Below are positions 52,601 to 61,267 of a stretch of DNA of 64,000 nucleotides, piece after piece. The DNA is taken from NCBI GenBank assembly GCA_965198115.1, contig OZ240241.1, forward strand, positions 3,712,001 to 3,776,000. The letters are read 5' to 3'. Below the pieces are notes generated by a model that did no database searches, was not told the origin of the DNA, and saw only the letters and a list, made by a program, of their open reading frames with translations. The position numbers and the translations under genes were made by a program. Source of the stretch: Candidatus Latescibacterota bacterium (GTDB lineage: Bacteria; Latescibacterota; UBA2968). The number at the start of each line of letters is the position of its first letter. Positions within the stretch are counted from its first letter, which is position 1.

Positions 52601-53708
52601 AGCAGAGCGAGAGCTGTTGGAAGATGTGTTTCCAGAGCTCCTCGATCGTCACAAAGACACACTCGGGAAGTTCCACACCAGCCAGTGGCGCTCGATCGTC
52701 AAGCGACTCGAGAGCTACGTCGAAGACGGTCGCCAGCGCGATCTGTTCGACACGACCATCGAAACGATGGAAGACTACGACATCACCGACGACGAAGCGG
52801 CCGCCCTACTCGACACGAACCTCGCTCGTCTCGTCGCCGTCGTTCGACCCACCGATCGGGACCTCCTGACGACGCACGCTCGACACCGCGAATTCCACCA
52901 GGTTTACGATGCCATCCTGCGTGTACGGAATCTTCGACAGCTCAAACGGATCTACAAAGAGGTCTATCTGATCCTGCAGGACACGATCTCCTACGCGAGT
53001 CGCGAACACCCATCAAAAGAGAAGCCGTCGACGCGTCTGCAGGGTGGGGACGAGGCAGAAGAGGTCACGCGGTCGCCCTACGCCACGGAGAAGGGATACC
53101 TCAAATACGCGCGAAAGGAGCTTGGACGGCTCACCAAACTGATGAGCGATTTCGTGCTCGAGCGCACCCTGGCCGATCGGCTCCGCATCGTCCAGTCGGA
53201 AATCACGAAGCTGCGCCAGGTCGTCGTGGGCACCCATCAGATCCTCTGCGTGCCGAGCAAAGACGTCAGCATCATCTACCGAAGCTGGCCGGGCAACGAC
53301 TGCAACACGGGAGACATCAAGCAGATCCTTTGCCCCGACGGCTCCTTTTACAAGATCATCGCGGACGGGCACTGGAAGGGCTACTTCACGCTCGTCGAGC
53401 TCCGTCGTCGCAACCAGCGCGGATTTTTGCTCGACGTGTTGAACTTCAGCGGGCTGCGGATGGACAACGAGAGTTTCGTCAAGGTCCTGATGCACCAGAT
53501 CATCCAAACCGCACAGGCTGAGGGCGTCGACTACGTCCTGGCCAGCCCGAACGACGTCCATCTGTCGAACCGCGATTACATTCGACGCGCCTTCCGAAAA
53601 GTCTTCCCCGTTCTTGGTACCGAGCAGACCTTCGGTCTCATCAACGAACCCCGAGCCAACTTCCAATCGCTTCAACCGAACCTCGCCGTCGTCTGGAAAC
53701 GGGACTGA
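49665..53708 (+). CDS. Giant protein: M20/M28 metallopeptidase domain, HEAT-like helical region and C-terminal alpha/beta domain
   Basis: AHMD, GADDKAG, QEE, SMD and HTTHE ligand motifs, then ~1000 aa mostly helical. Confidence 0.8.
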   Translation: MSCWTDPLDLVRTFLALARTPSPSGEEDAVADVILPRLNELGFAVERDAVGNLIAHLPLTSTTAPNLLFTAHMDCVYPGGSAPVVAVLHRSGDIATDGRNSLGADDKAGIAAILAALRFIVHGESPHGEIRVVFTVQEERGWRGIKQVPARILNGIHLVFSMDPPVRVERDETAFMAVLHAHRGHPIEDLVRSAALDVDGDPLILYAEDGYVGGDTICLSPLGALVVDFCSGSRYSHTTHEHIRLIDFTRQTSWMIATAERFLRLDRNDLELRAVYGEEPIGNLTGVRKQIPLTPDFLAEKIAQARSLHTLPGPSLANTLAHLSAMAPRAGDPDLLDAVVQAYAQGLRVDQVPQVQRAITSALMHLATNLADVRPLEPVIPVVRSFIVGGGDDTARASAIRFLEELFVKERRVRVKEDLVRTLIVMLQSASPTVTECLTNFFRTNLDDTIHALTLAFCNRHRAGWERLTRVNQGRLVDGRKRRSDAPGWTLIRQRILQLLLEEDRLLPEMLDWIFTHDGGATQRIAVDYIDPGKTTRVADRILRNLKSRERGVQETALHFVGSHRMEQAIPPLIDLLLTPHLCRNRSLAEWALDAIGRPALDPVINRLGADAEYETLVWRMFNRHDTSTDADFDLLIDRLANQYGKAFSPSDPSQVMILSYYLSIDPFTHLTDLTRWDRRRSIVFYDRLMELYTDGEEVNRLVELIEECEGGSRTYFLRMSIQKNLFEDPGLLALVSRENARFLENFVRLENQIPQHIILARLREFANGAQLDMRDPNDVEIYYLYLLQQSPRMPDRTQYLTHIAEAARYLFPPLKPYCKAFSISGDRIEEVGTVDRDRVRTLIESLPQKASRSERLRRLILDSGLAKREQNRLINGLSEAIGIDVSPYSSVEDRADALIHEIDFEFDSAYRIVPLVVYPVLMRVRMNHRSDGVLSPLADYAIEFAMINHPEIAETFDTSEIDLILDGLNDLLTDRVYEAERELLEDVFPELLDRHKDTLGKFHTSQWRSIVKRLESYVEDGRQRDLFDTTIETMEDYDITDDEAAALLDTNLARLVAVVRPTDRDLLTTHARHREFHQVYDAILRVRNLRQLKRIYKEVYLILQDTISYASREHPSKEKPSTRLQGGDEAEEVTRSPYATEKGYLKYARKELGRLTKLMSDFVLERTLADRLRIVQSEITKLRQVVVGTHQILCVPSKDVSIIYRSWPGNDCNTGDIKQILCPDGSFYKIIADGHWKGYFTLVELRRRNQRGFLLDVLNFSGLRMDNESFVKVLMHQIIQTAQAEGVDYVLASPNDVHLSNRDYIRRAFRKVFPVLGTEQTFGLINEPRANFQSLQPNLAVVWKRD

Positions 53709-53722
53709 CCACGACGATTGGT

Positions 53723-53764
53723 TCGTCTCTCGATTCTCAATCCTCAATTTTCGATTCTCCATCA
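53723..53764 (+). repeat. Degenerate heptamer tandem repeat (TCRATTC-like, 6 units)
   Basis: TCGTCTC TCGATTC TCAATCC TCAATTT TCGATTC TCCATCA. Confidence 0.7.
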
Positions 53765-53767
53765 CCA

Positions 53768-54673
53768 ATGCCCGAGTATCCTGATGTCGAAGTCTACGTC
53801 CGATGCCTCAGGAAGCGCGTCGTCGACCAGGTCATCGAAGACGCCCGCATCGCCAGTCCCTTCGTCGTCAGAACCTACGATCCACCGATCGGCGACATCG
53901 TTGGAAAGCGAATCCTGACCGTCAGCCGTCTCGGCAAGCGTATCGTCCTCGGCCTCCAGGATGACCTCCATTTCGTCCTGCATCTGATGATCGCCGGCCG
54001 GCTCCGCTGGAAAGAGCGCGGCGTCAAGCTTGCCCGCCGCCTCGGTCTGGCCGCGATCGATTTCTCCGACGGCAGCCTCAGCTTCACCGAAGCCGGAACG
54101 AAGAAACGTGCTTCGATCCATCTCGTCCGCGGCAGAGACACCTTGACCGAATTCGATCGCGGCGGCATCGAGGTGTTCGAAGCTTCCATCGACGCCTTCG
54201 ATCGTGCACTCCGGTGCGAAAACCACACCCTCAAGCGTTCCCTCACCGATCCTCGTCTCTTCTCCGGCATCGGCAACGCCTACTCAGACGAAATCCTGCA
54301 TCGTGCCGGACTTTCCCCCCTCAAGCACTCGACCCGGCTGACCGAAGACGAAGTCGAGCGACTCTTCGAAGCCACACGTGACACCCTCGCCGAATGGACC
54401 GAGCGACTCGAAGAGGAGGTCGGCGACGGGTTCCCCGACAAGGTCACCGCCTTCCATCCGGAAATGGCCGTCCACGGCAAGTATGATCAGCCCTGCCCCG
54501 AATGCGATTCCCCCGTCCAGCGCATCCGCTATGCCGAGAACGAATGCAACTACTGCGCAACGTGCCAGACCGACGGTAAGGTCCTCGCCGACCGAGGTCT
54601 CTCGCGCCTGCTCAAGCAAGACTGGCCCCGAACGTTAGAAGACCTCGAAGAACTTCGAAAACCAAACCCATGA
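53768..54673 (+). CDS. Fpg/Nei family DNA glycosylase
   Basis: N-terminal MPE, GK, HLMIAG, GIGNAYSDE and C4 zinc finger. Confidence 0.92.
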   Translation: MPEYPDVEVYVRCLRKRVVDQVIEDARIASPFVVRTYDPPIGDIVGKRILTVSRLGKRIVLGLQDDLHFVLHLMIAGRLRWKERGVKLARRLGLAAIDFSDGSLSFTEAGTKKRASIHLVRGRDTLTEFDRGGIEVFEASIDAFDRALRCENHTLKRSLTDPRLFSGIGNAYSDEILHRAGLSPLKHSTRLTEDEVERLFEATRDTLAEWTERLEEEVGDGFPDKVTAFHPEMAVHGKYDQPCPECDSPVQRIRYAENECNYCATCQTDGKVLADRGLSRLLKQDWPRTLEDLEELRKPNP

Positions 54674-54698
54674 AACACGAAGACGCGAAGACACCAAG
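54674..54698 (+). repeat. Left arm of inverted repeat around the GxxExxY gene (3 x 8-mer)
   Basis: A-ACACGAAG-ACGCGAAG-ACACCAAG. Confidence 0.85.
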
Positions 54699-54705
54699 AA
54701 AGGCG

Positions 54706-55101
54706 ATGAGGCACCCTTCTCTGTCGGAGGAGGAGGAGAAATCGGGGTCCGAGATCGTCGATGTAGCATTTGCCGTACACGCTGCGATGGGTTCTGGACT
54801 CTTGGAGAGCATTTACGAAAAGTGCTTTGGCCACGAGCTCGGTCTTCGTGGCTTGAAAGTTGATCGTCAGGTCTCCATCCCTATTCGATACAAAGATCTT
54901 GACTTGAAGGACGGACTTAGATTGGATGTGTTGGTCGAGGATAAGGTGATCTGCGAGATTAAGGCGACCAATTCCGACACAGCAATCTTCGAGGCACAAC
55001 TGCTCACCTACATGAAACTCAGCCAGAAACGCCTCGGCTTCCTCATCAACTTCAACGTTCCCAAGATCGAGGACGGGATCACCCGAATGGTCCTTCGATG
55101 A
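54706..55101 (+). CDS. GxxExxY protein (PD-(D/E)XK nuclease-like); alternative ATG at 54670
   Basis: GLLESIY, RLD...EIK, QLLTY and GFLINF motifs. Confidence 0.92.
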   Translation: MRHPSLSEEEEKSGSEIVDVAFAVHAAMGSGLLESIYEKCFGHELGLRGLKVDRQVSIPIRYKDLDLKDGLRLDVLVEDKVICEIKATNSDTAIFEAQLLTYMKLSQKRLGFLINFNVPKIEDGITRMVLR

Positions 55102-55117
55102 TTCCCCACCGGGTCTC

Positions 55118-55142
55118 CTTCGTGTCTTCGCGCCTTCGGGTT
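55118..55142 (-). repeat. Right arm of inverted repeat around the GxxExxY gene (3 x 8-mer)
   Basis: Reverse complement A-ACCCGAAG-GCGCGAAG-ACACGAAG; 22/25 identical to the left arm. Confidence 0.85.
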
Positions 55143-55165
55143 AGTCTTCTTCGTTTGGAGGTTCT

Positions 55166-56392
55166 ATGGGTGTTGACACCATAGAATTGCCAAACGGAAT
55201 ACGCGTCGTCGTGGAGCCGATGGCGGGGGCGAAATCTGTCGTGCTGGCGATGCGGTTCGGGTTTGGCGCGAAGGACGATCCGCACGATCGGTTGGGAATG
55301 GCTCGGATCGCGGAGGATGTCCTGTTCAAGGGCACACCCAGTCGGGATGCGCGGGAGGTCTTCGATGCGTTCGATGCCCTGGGCGTACGACGTGGGTCCT
55401 CGACGCAGGTCGAACACACGCAGTTCCAGGCGCAGTTTCTGCCAGAACATTTCGAATCCGTCTGTGCGCTCTACGAGGAAATGTTCAGCACGGCCTCGTT
55501 CCCCGCCGCGGAAGTCGACGTGACGAAGACCATCACGCTCGAGGAACTCAAGCGGCTCGAGGACAGTCCGATTCAACAGGCGATGCTGCTGACTTTCAAA
55601 GCCGCTCTGGGGGAACCGCTCGGGCGCGTGCCGCTCGGCGAACCGCAGACGCTCGAGCTGGTGACGCCAGCGGGCGTTCGGCGTTTCTGGACCGACCACT
55701 GTCGACCCGATACCCTCATCATCTCTGTCGCCGGCGGGATCGATCGAGAACGAGTCGTTGAAACGATCCAGGATGTCTTCGGTGGCTGGGCGAGCAATGG
55801 CACGGTTGAGCCGGATGACCACGCGGTGACGATCGTCGATCGTCAGGTCCATCACGAGAAAGAATCGGAACAGGAACACATCGGCATCGTCTTTGGATCG
55901 GTGCCGCGGGGACACGACTTCTACTATCCTGCGCAGGTGGCGATCGCCGTACTCTCAGGAAGCGGGTCGAGCCGGCTCTTTACCGAAGTGCGCGAGAAGC
56001 GTGGACTGGCCTACAGTGTCTCCGCCTTTTACAGGGCGCGAAGGAACGGTGGCCTGATCGCCCTTTACGCCGGCACCACGGCCGATCGTGCGGAGGAAAC
56101 GCTTCGTGTGTGTCGTCACGAAGTCGCCAGATTGGCCGAGGATGTGACCCGAGACGAGCTCGGGCGCGCCAAGACCGTCCTCAAGGGCGGTTTGTTCACG
56201 ACCGGTGATCTTCCCGAGGGGCGAGCGAGCAGCCTTCTCGAAGACGTGTTCCTCGACGGAAACACGCGGACGATCCAGGAAATCGCTGACCGGGTCGACA
56301 GCGTCACGCTCGACCAGATCTCGACCTACCTCAGAGCACACCCCACCGAACCCCAAACCATCGTCACCCTCGGCCCGAAACCTCTGAACTGA
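55166..56392 (+). CDS. M16 peptidase, non-catalytic subunit
   Basis: HxxEH replaced by RIAED; retains SRLFTEVREKRGLAY. Confidence 0.88.
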   Translation: MGVDTIELPNGIRVVVEPMAGAKSVVLAMRFGFGAKDDPHDRLGMARIAEDVLFKGTPSRDAREVFDAFDALGVRRGSSTQVEHTQFQAQFLPEHFESVCALYEEMFSTASFPAAEVDVTKTITLEELKRLEDSPIQQAMLLTFKAALGEPLGRVPLGEPQTLELVTPAGVRRFWTDHCRPDTLIISVAGGIDRERVVETIQDVFGGWASNGTVEPDDHAVTIVDRQVHHEKESEQEHIGIVFGSVPRGHDFYYPAQVAIAVLSGSGSSRLFTEVREKRGLAYSVSAFYRARRNGGLIALYAGTTADRAEETLRVCRHEVARLAEDVTRDELGRAKTVLKGGLFTTGDLPEGRASSLLEDVFLDGNTRTIQEIADRVDSVTLDQISTYLRAHPTEPQTIVTLGPKPLN

Positions 56393-56432
56393 CCGACCCG
56401 GAGTGTCGACAAAGCACATATCTCGGATCCAA

Positions 56433-57674
56433 ATGAACTCACCATTCAGCAAACACACACTCAATAACGGCCTCACTCTCCTCTTCGAGGCCATCCCGAG
56501 AATCAACTCCGCCGCCGTCGGCTTTTTCGCGAACACCGGATCACGCGACGAGGCAGCCGAACAGGGCGGCATCTCGCACTTCCTCGAACATATGTGCTTC
56601 AAAGGAACCAGTAAGCGAGACTGGCGGCAGCTGAGTCTCGATGTCGATGACCTCGGCGCCACGTGGAATGCCTACACGTGGTGGGAAGGCACCGCCTATT
56701 TCCATTGGGTTCAGAGCGAGCGGGCGACGCAGTCGATCGAGATCCTCGCCGATATGATGCGATCGACGATTCCGAACGAGGAATTCGACACCGAGAAAAA
56801 GGTCATCCTCGAAGAGATCGCGATGTATCACGACCGTCCCGATTCGCTCATCTTCGACGAGCTGATCAGAACCGCCTTTCCCGATCATCCACTGGGACAA
56901 TCCGTGATCGGTACGGAGGACACCGTCGGCGCGCTGACCCGCGATCAGATGGCCGATTACTACGCGCGTCGATACGCACCTGACAATATGACGTTCATCG
57001 TAACCGGAAAGTTTGACCAGGACGAAATCGTCGCCACCGTCGAATCGCTCTGCGGCGACTGGACGCCCGGCGAATCGGGACGCGAACAGCCTGACCCGAC
57101 GTTCACAGGACAGACCCACGTGGTGGAACGCGACAACGTGACCCGCGAACACGTCACGATGGCCTTCCCGGCGCCGTTCGGCGCCAGTCCAGATGCCACG
57201 ACGGCAGAGATGCTCTCATCCTACCTGGGCGCATCGACCAACAGTCGCCTGTATTGGGCGGTCGTTCAGAACGGATTGGCCGACGAAGCCACAGCGGACT
57301 ACATCGGTCTCAGCGATACCGGACTGTTCTACATTTATCTCTCCGTCGATCCGAGCCGAACCGAAGAAGCCCTCGACGTCGTGCGCAGGGAATGCCGAGC
57401 CCTACACGAGCAGATCGATGGCGAATCACTCGAGCGCGCCAAGACCAGGGCCGCAACGTCCGTCGTGTGCAGCGGTGAGCATGGGCTACAGCGTTTCGGT
57501 CAGCTCGTCGGCGATATCAGCTGCAACGCCCCCCTCCGATCGCTCGATCAGCAGATCGACGAGATTCGCGCCGTCGATGCGGATCGAATCGCGGCCTACC
57601 TCGCGACCTATCCCCTCGACCGAGAACCCGCACTCGTCGCCCTCGGTCCGCTGTCTGACCTATCTCGTGCCTAA
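56433..57674 (+). CDS. M16 peptidase, catalytic subunit (alternative GTG at 56403)
   Basis: HFLEHMCFKGT and EE motifs. Confidence 0.9.
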   Translation: MNSPFSKHTLNNGLTLLFEAIPRINSAAVGFFANTGSRDEAAEQGGISHFLEHMCFKGTSKRDWRQLSLDVDDLGATWNAYTWWEGTAYFHWVQSERATQSIEILADMMRSTIPNEEFDTEKKVILEEIAMYHDRPDSLIFDELIRTAFPDHPLGQSVIGTEDTVGALTRDQMADYYARRYAPDNMTFIVTGKFDQDEIVATVESLCGDWTPGESGREQPDPTFTGQTHVVERDNVTREHVTMAFPAPFGASPDATTAEMLSSYLGASTNSRLYWAVVQNGLADEATADYIGLSDTGLFYIYLSVDPSRTEEALDVVRRECRALHEQIDGESLERAKTRAATSVVCSGEHGLQRFGQLVGDISCNAPLRSLDQQIDEIRAVDADRIAAYLATYPLDREPALVALGPLSDLSRA

Positions 57675-57720
57675 CAGTTTGTTAAGTGCCATATAATCAA
57701 GTACATAAGATTTCTACCTT

Positions 57721-57746
57721 AAAAGTGGCCCCGGGGCCACTTTTTT
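57721..57746 (+). terminator. Perfect 24-bp palindrome with T tract after the M16 pair
   Basis: AAAAGTGGCCCCGGGGCCACTTTT followed by TT. Confidence 0.7.
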
Positions 57747-57795
57747 AAACCAGGATAGACTGACGTCCGTCTGGGTCGAGCAACAGGCAATGTCC

Positions 57796-57833
57796 AAAAA
57801 CACGAAGCCCCGATTGATTCATCCAATCGGGGC
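57796..57833 (-). terminator. Intrinsic terminator after the cyclase gene
   Basis: GCCCCGATTG-loop-CAATCGGGGC then TTCGTGTTTTT on the minus strand. Confidence 0.7.
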
Positions 57834-57929
57834 CCTCAATCGCTGGTCTCTATCTATCAAACGTGTTAGTCAACCGCCTGCCTACCCGAGCGACAAAGTC
57901 GCGTAGGGCCACCGCCTACCGTCTATCCG

Positions 57930-58808
57930 CTACCCCTTGAACGCGGTCACCTCGAACAGATCGATCCGTCTCTCCATTCCTCGTATCGTCGTCTCTCCCA
58001 GACGTTCGGTTTCGTAGTCGTCCTTGTTCCTGAGCTTGTCGTACGTGTCTCCGGTAATGATGAGACTGGCGCCAATCTCCTTCGTCAGACCCTCGCAGCG
58101 GGCAGCGAGATTGACCGTGCTCCCGAACGCGCAGGCATCCATCCGCTCCTGCGTGCCTGCAATACCCGTCGCTACGGTTCCCGAGTTCAGCCCGATCCCG
58201 ATGCGGATCGGATCGTAGCCCGCCCTCGCCCGTCCTGCGTTGTAATTCGGAATCACCTCACCCAGCAGATGCAACGAGGCCTGCACGGCATTGTCCGTGT
58301 ACTTTCCCTCCACCAGTGGGAACAGGGCCATAATGGAATCGCCAACGTACTGGTAGACGAACCCACCGTTTTCCCGGATCCCCGGCTCCATCACGGTAAA
58401 GAACGAGTTAAGAAACTTGAAACATTCCTGACACGGAATCGACTCGGTGAAAGAGGTGAAGTTGCGAATGTCCGTCGAGAGAACCGTGTAGTGACGCTCC
58501 ATCGACACGCCCCGCGAGACATCGAACCCCTTGCTGTCCATAATCCCGGACAGCGAGGCGGGGACGAACTTTTTGAACCGGCTGACCTGCTCTGTCAGCT
58601 CCTCGTTCTGCTCCTTCACGATGTCGTAGGCCGCATCCGCGGCCTTCTTGGCCAATTGGCGTTCCAGACTCCGCTTCTGCAAGCGTGCGTTCGCAGTCTC
58701 CAGGTCCGAGCGTGCCTCGGCCAGTTCCCGCTCCAGCTCCTGGATGCGGGTTGTATGGTCAGGATTGTCAGACAGGCGCGTCTCCGATGAGTCTGTGTCG
58801 TCAGACAC
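57930..58808 (-). CDS. Class III nucleotidyl cyclase with N-terminal coiled coil
   Basis: TDIRNFT, YVGD, RIGIGLNSG and VNLAAR motifs. Confidence 0.9.
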   Translation of the reverse strand: MSDDTDSSETRLSDNPDHTTRIQELERELAEARSDLETANARLQKRSLERQLAKKAADAAYDIVKEQNEELTEQVSRFKKFVPASLSGIMDSKGFDVSRGVSMERHYTVLSTDIRNFTSFTESIPCQECFKFLNSFFTVMEPGIRENGGFVYQYVGDSIMALFPLVEGKYTDNAVQASLHLLGEVIPNYNAGRARAGYDPIRIGIGLNSGTVATGIAGTQERMDACAFGSTVNLAARCEGLTKEIGASLIITGDTYDKLRNKDDYETERLGETTIRGMERRIDLFEVTAFKG

Positions 58809-58811
58809 GGT

Positions 58812-60053
58812 TCAGGCGGTCTCGATCTCGAGAGTGGGGAACGCAGACAGCACGTCATCGAGTGTCTTTGTCCCTTGGAACAACGAAAGCACGCGCGTAA
58901 GCACGCCGTCGACGATGGCGTCCGGGCAAGAGGCCCCACACGTCAACGCAATGCGGAAGGGCGGGGGCCCAAGCCAATTTTGGCTCGTCACCACCTTACG
59001 GTTCTTCAGATCGAAGTGCCGAATCTCCTGGTCGGACAGGATTTCCTCCGAGTTCCGAATGAAATAGGTCGGCATCTCATCCGTGCATAAATCGACGATG
59101 TGAGACGTGTTGGACGAATTGTATCCCCCGACGATGATCGCCAGATCCGCGCCCTCCTCGATCAGGGCATACGTCGCATTCTGGTTCTCGTTGGTCGCAT
59201 AGCACAGGGTGTCGGTCGTATCGGCAAAGTGTTCGCCGATGTTGTCGGCTCCGTATCGATCGATCAACGCCTGGCGAATGCGACGAGCGATCTCACGCGT
59301 CTCGGTCGCCAGCATCGTCGTCTGGTTGACGACACCCAGTCGCTTCAGGTGAACCTGGGGATCGAACCCGTCCGAGCACTTTTCCTCAAAAATCTCCGGG
59401 AAGACATTCGACTCCACGTCCCCCCGAACCACGTCGCATAAAACGTCGGCTTCCTCCAGGTCTCGAACGATCACCGTTGGAGCGTTCCGGACGCTGTGAG
59501 AAAAGGTCGCCCGCGTTTCTTCGTGTCGCACCTTACCGTGAACTACCACGGCGTAGCCAGCTTCACCCAGCTCTTCGCTCCGAGTCCAGACTTTCTCGAC
59601 GAATGGACAGGTGGTGTTGTAAGTGTACGGGTCGATGTCTCGCGCCTCAAGGGCCTCCTGAATTTCAACGGTCGTCCCGAAGGCCGGAACGACGACGATG
59701 TCGTCCGGCTTCAACTCGGACCAGGGAATAATCTGTTCTCCCCCGGGGGTGAAGATGAATCGCACGCCACGATCTTCCAGATCCGTATTCACGTCGGGAT
59801 TGTGAATCATCTCGCTCAGAAAAAACACGCGGTCGTCGGGATGGGCTTCGAGCGTTTTGTAGGCGATCTCGATCGCGTTTTCGACGCCGAAGCAAAACCC
59901 GAAGTGGCGGGCGAGCGTGAAGCGCACCGGGCCGAAATCCAAAACCGCCGGGGAGAGATCTCGCTTGAGCGGATCGGCCTCACGGCGCGACGACTTGACG
60001 CGTCCGATGATCGGGCTTCGGTAGGAATCGGGAATGTCGAAGGTGCGTGCCAC
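58812..60053 (-). CDS. ispH: 4-hydroxy-3-methylbut-2-enyl diphosphate reductase
   Basis: GFCFGV, IHN, TCPFV, QTTM, TLCYAT and SSN motifs. Confidence 0.95.
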   Translation of the reverse strand: MARTFDIPDSYRSPIIGRVKSSRREADPLKRDLSPAVLDFGPVRFTLARHFGFCFGVENAIEIAYKTLEAHPDDRVFFLSEMIHNPDVNTDLEDRGVRFIFTPGGEQIIPWSELKPDDIVVVPAFGTTVEIQEALEARDIDPYTYNTTCPFVEKVWTRSEELGEAGYAVVVHGKVRHEETRATFSHSVRNAPTVIVRDLEEADVLCDVVRGDVESNVFPEIFEEKCSDGFDPQVHLKRLGVVNQTTMLATETREIARRIRQALIDRYGADNIGEHFADTTDTLCYATNENQNATYALIEEGADLAIIVGGYNSSNTSHIVDLCTDEMPTYFIRNSEEILSDQEIRHFDLKNRKVVTSQNWLGPPPFRIALTCGASCPDAIVDGVLTRVLSLFQGTKTLDDVLSAFPTLEIETA

Positions 60054-60084
60054 GGGGCTCCGTCGTTGTCGGTTCGATCAGCGT

Positions 60085-61098
60085 TTAGTGAGGCAACGTC
60101 ACGGGCTGGCCTGATTCGATCGAGTCGTAAGCGGCCAGCGCGATCTCCGTGGCCGCTCGGCCGTCCTGACCGCCCACGGGTGCGGGTTCTCCCAGGGCGA
60201 TAGCCTTCGCGAAGGCCTCGATCTCCTGGGCGACGGGTTTTAGCTCTTTCTCGAGCGAGGAGACCGGCACGAATCGCTCGTCCTCTTCGCCTACCTTCAC
60301 GGTCAGTCCGCCGTCTTCGCCCCAGAATCTTGGGAAAGTGATCGATCCACCCACGCAATCGACCCGCCCCCCATACCCACCGAGCGTGTTGGCATTGCTC
60401 GAATGGAGCGATCCGACCGACCCGTTCGCGTAGGACAATGACACCAGGGCCACATCCGGATAATCCTGGTCGCGATGGAGATACGTTCCCCCCGCGGCGT
60501 AGACGGTCCGAGCTTCGCCCATCACATTCCGCATGAAGTCGATTTCGTGGGCGTTGATTTCCATGAGGTTGCCCCCACTCTTCTCCCGTTGCAGGCGCCA
60601 GGGCACCTGCCATACGCCACCCAGGCCGCCACCCAATCGATGAACCGTCATACTCATCGGAACACCCAGGTCGCCTGACGTAACCAATCGCGCGACCTCG
60701 GTGTGAACAGGGTGGTAACGACACACCAGACCGACCCCGAGGGCAACCTGGTTCGAACGCGCAGCCTCGATGATTCGATCGCACGCCTCGAGCGAGGGTG
60801 CCAGTGGCTTTTCGCAAAAGACGTGCTTGCCGCTCTGTGCCGCGTCGACAGCCGGCGCCTCGTGCAGAAATCCGGGAGTCGCGATGAAAACCGCTTCCAC
60901 GTCTTCGCGCGTCAGTAGATCCTCATAAGCACTCGCAAAGTCGCACGTCAGATCCTCGGCCAGAACCCGTCCTTTTTCTTCGTCGACGTCGCTGACACAG
61001 ACGACTTTACAGCTCGAAAGACCGGCGGCATTCTCGGCCAGACTCCGGCCCATTACGCCGCACCCGATCAGGCCGAATTTCAACGGTTTATCACCCAA
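60085..61098 (-). CDS. Gfo/Idh/MocA oxidoreductase
   Basis: GCGVMG, HVFCEKPLA and HEID motifs. Confidence 0.9.
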   Translation of the reverse strand: MGDKPLKFGLIGCGVMGRSLAENAAGLSSCKVVCVSDVDEEKGRVLAEDLTCDFASAYEDLLTREDVEAVFIATPGFLHEAPAVDAAQSGKHVFCEKPLAPSLEACDRIIEAARSNQVALGVGLVCRYHPVHTEVARLVTSGDLGVPMSMTVHRLGGGLGGVWQVPWRLQREKSGGNLMEINAHEIDFMRNVMGEARTVYAAGGTYLHRDQDYPDVALVSLSYANGSVGSLHSSNANTLGGYGGRVDCVGGSITFPRFWGEDGGLTVKVGEEDERFVPVSSLEKELKPVAQEIEAFAKAIALGEPAPVGGQDGRAATEIALAAYDSIESGQPVTLPH

Positions 61099-61267
61099 AC
61101 AGCCACTCCTCCACCGTATTCGGATCGTGAAGGAATTAAGCCGACCCCTGCCGGACTGTCAACCGATTTGCCTGTTCACGGGAGCTCACCGCCTGTTCTG
61201 GCTTGCAAATTCGGGGTCGGACCCTACCTTGGATCCCGTTGCCAGGGCGCAACCTTCTTCAACCAAT

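Noticed and set aside
55166-57674. M16 gene lacking HxxEH as a pseudogene or novelty
   Set aside because: Paired catalytic and non-catalytic M16B subunits are a well-known arrangement.
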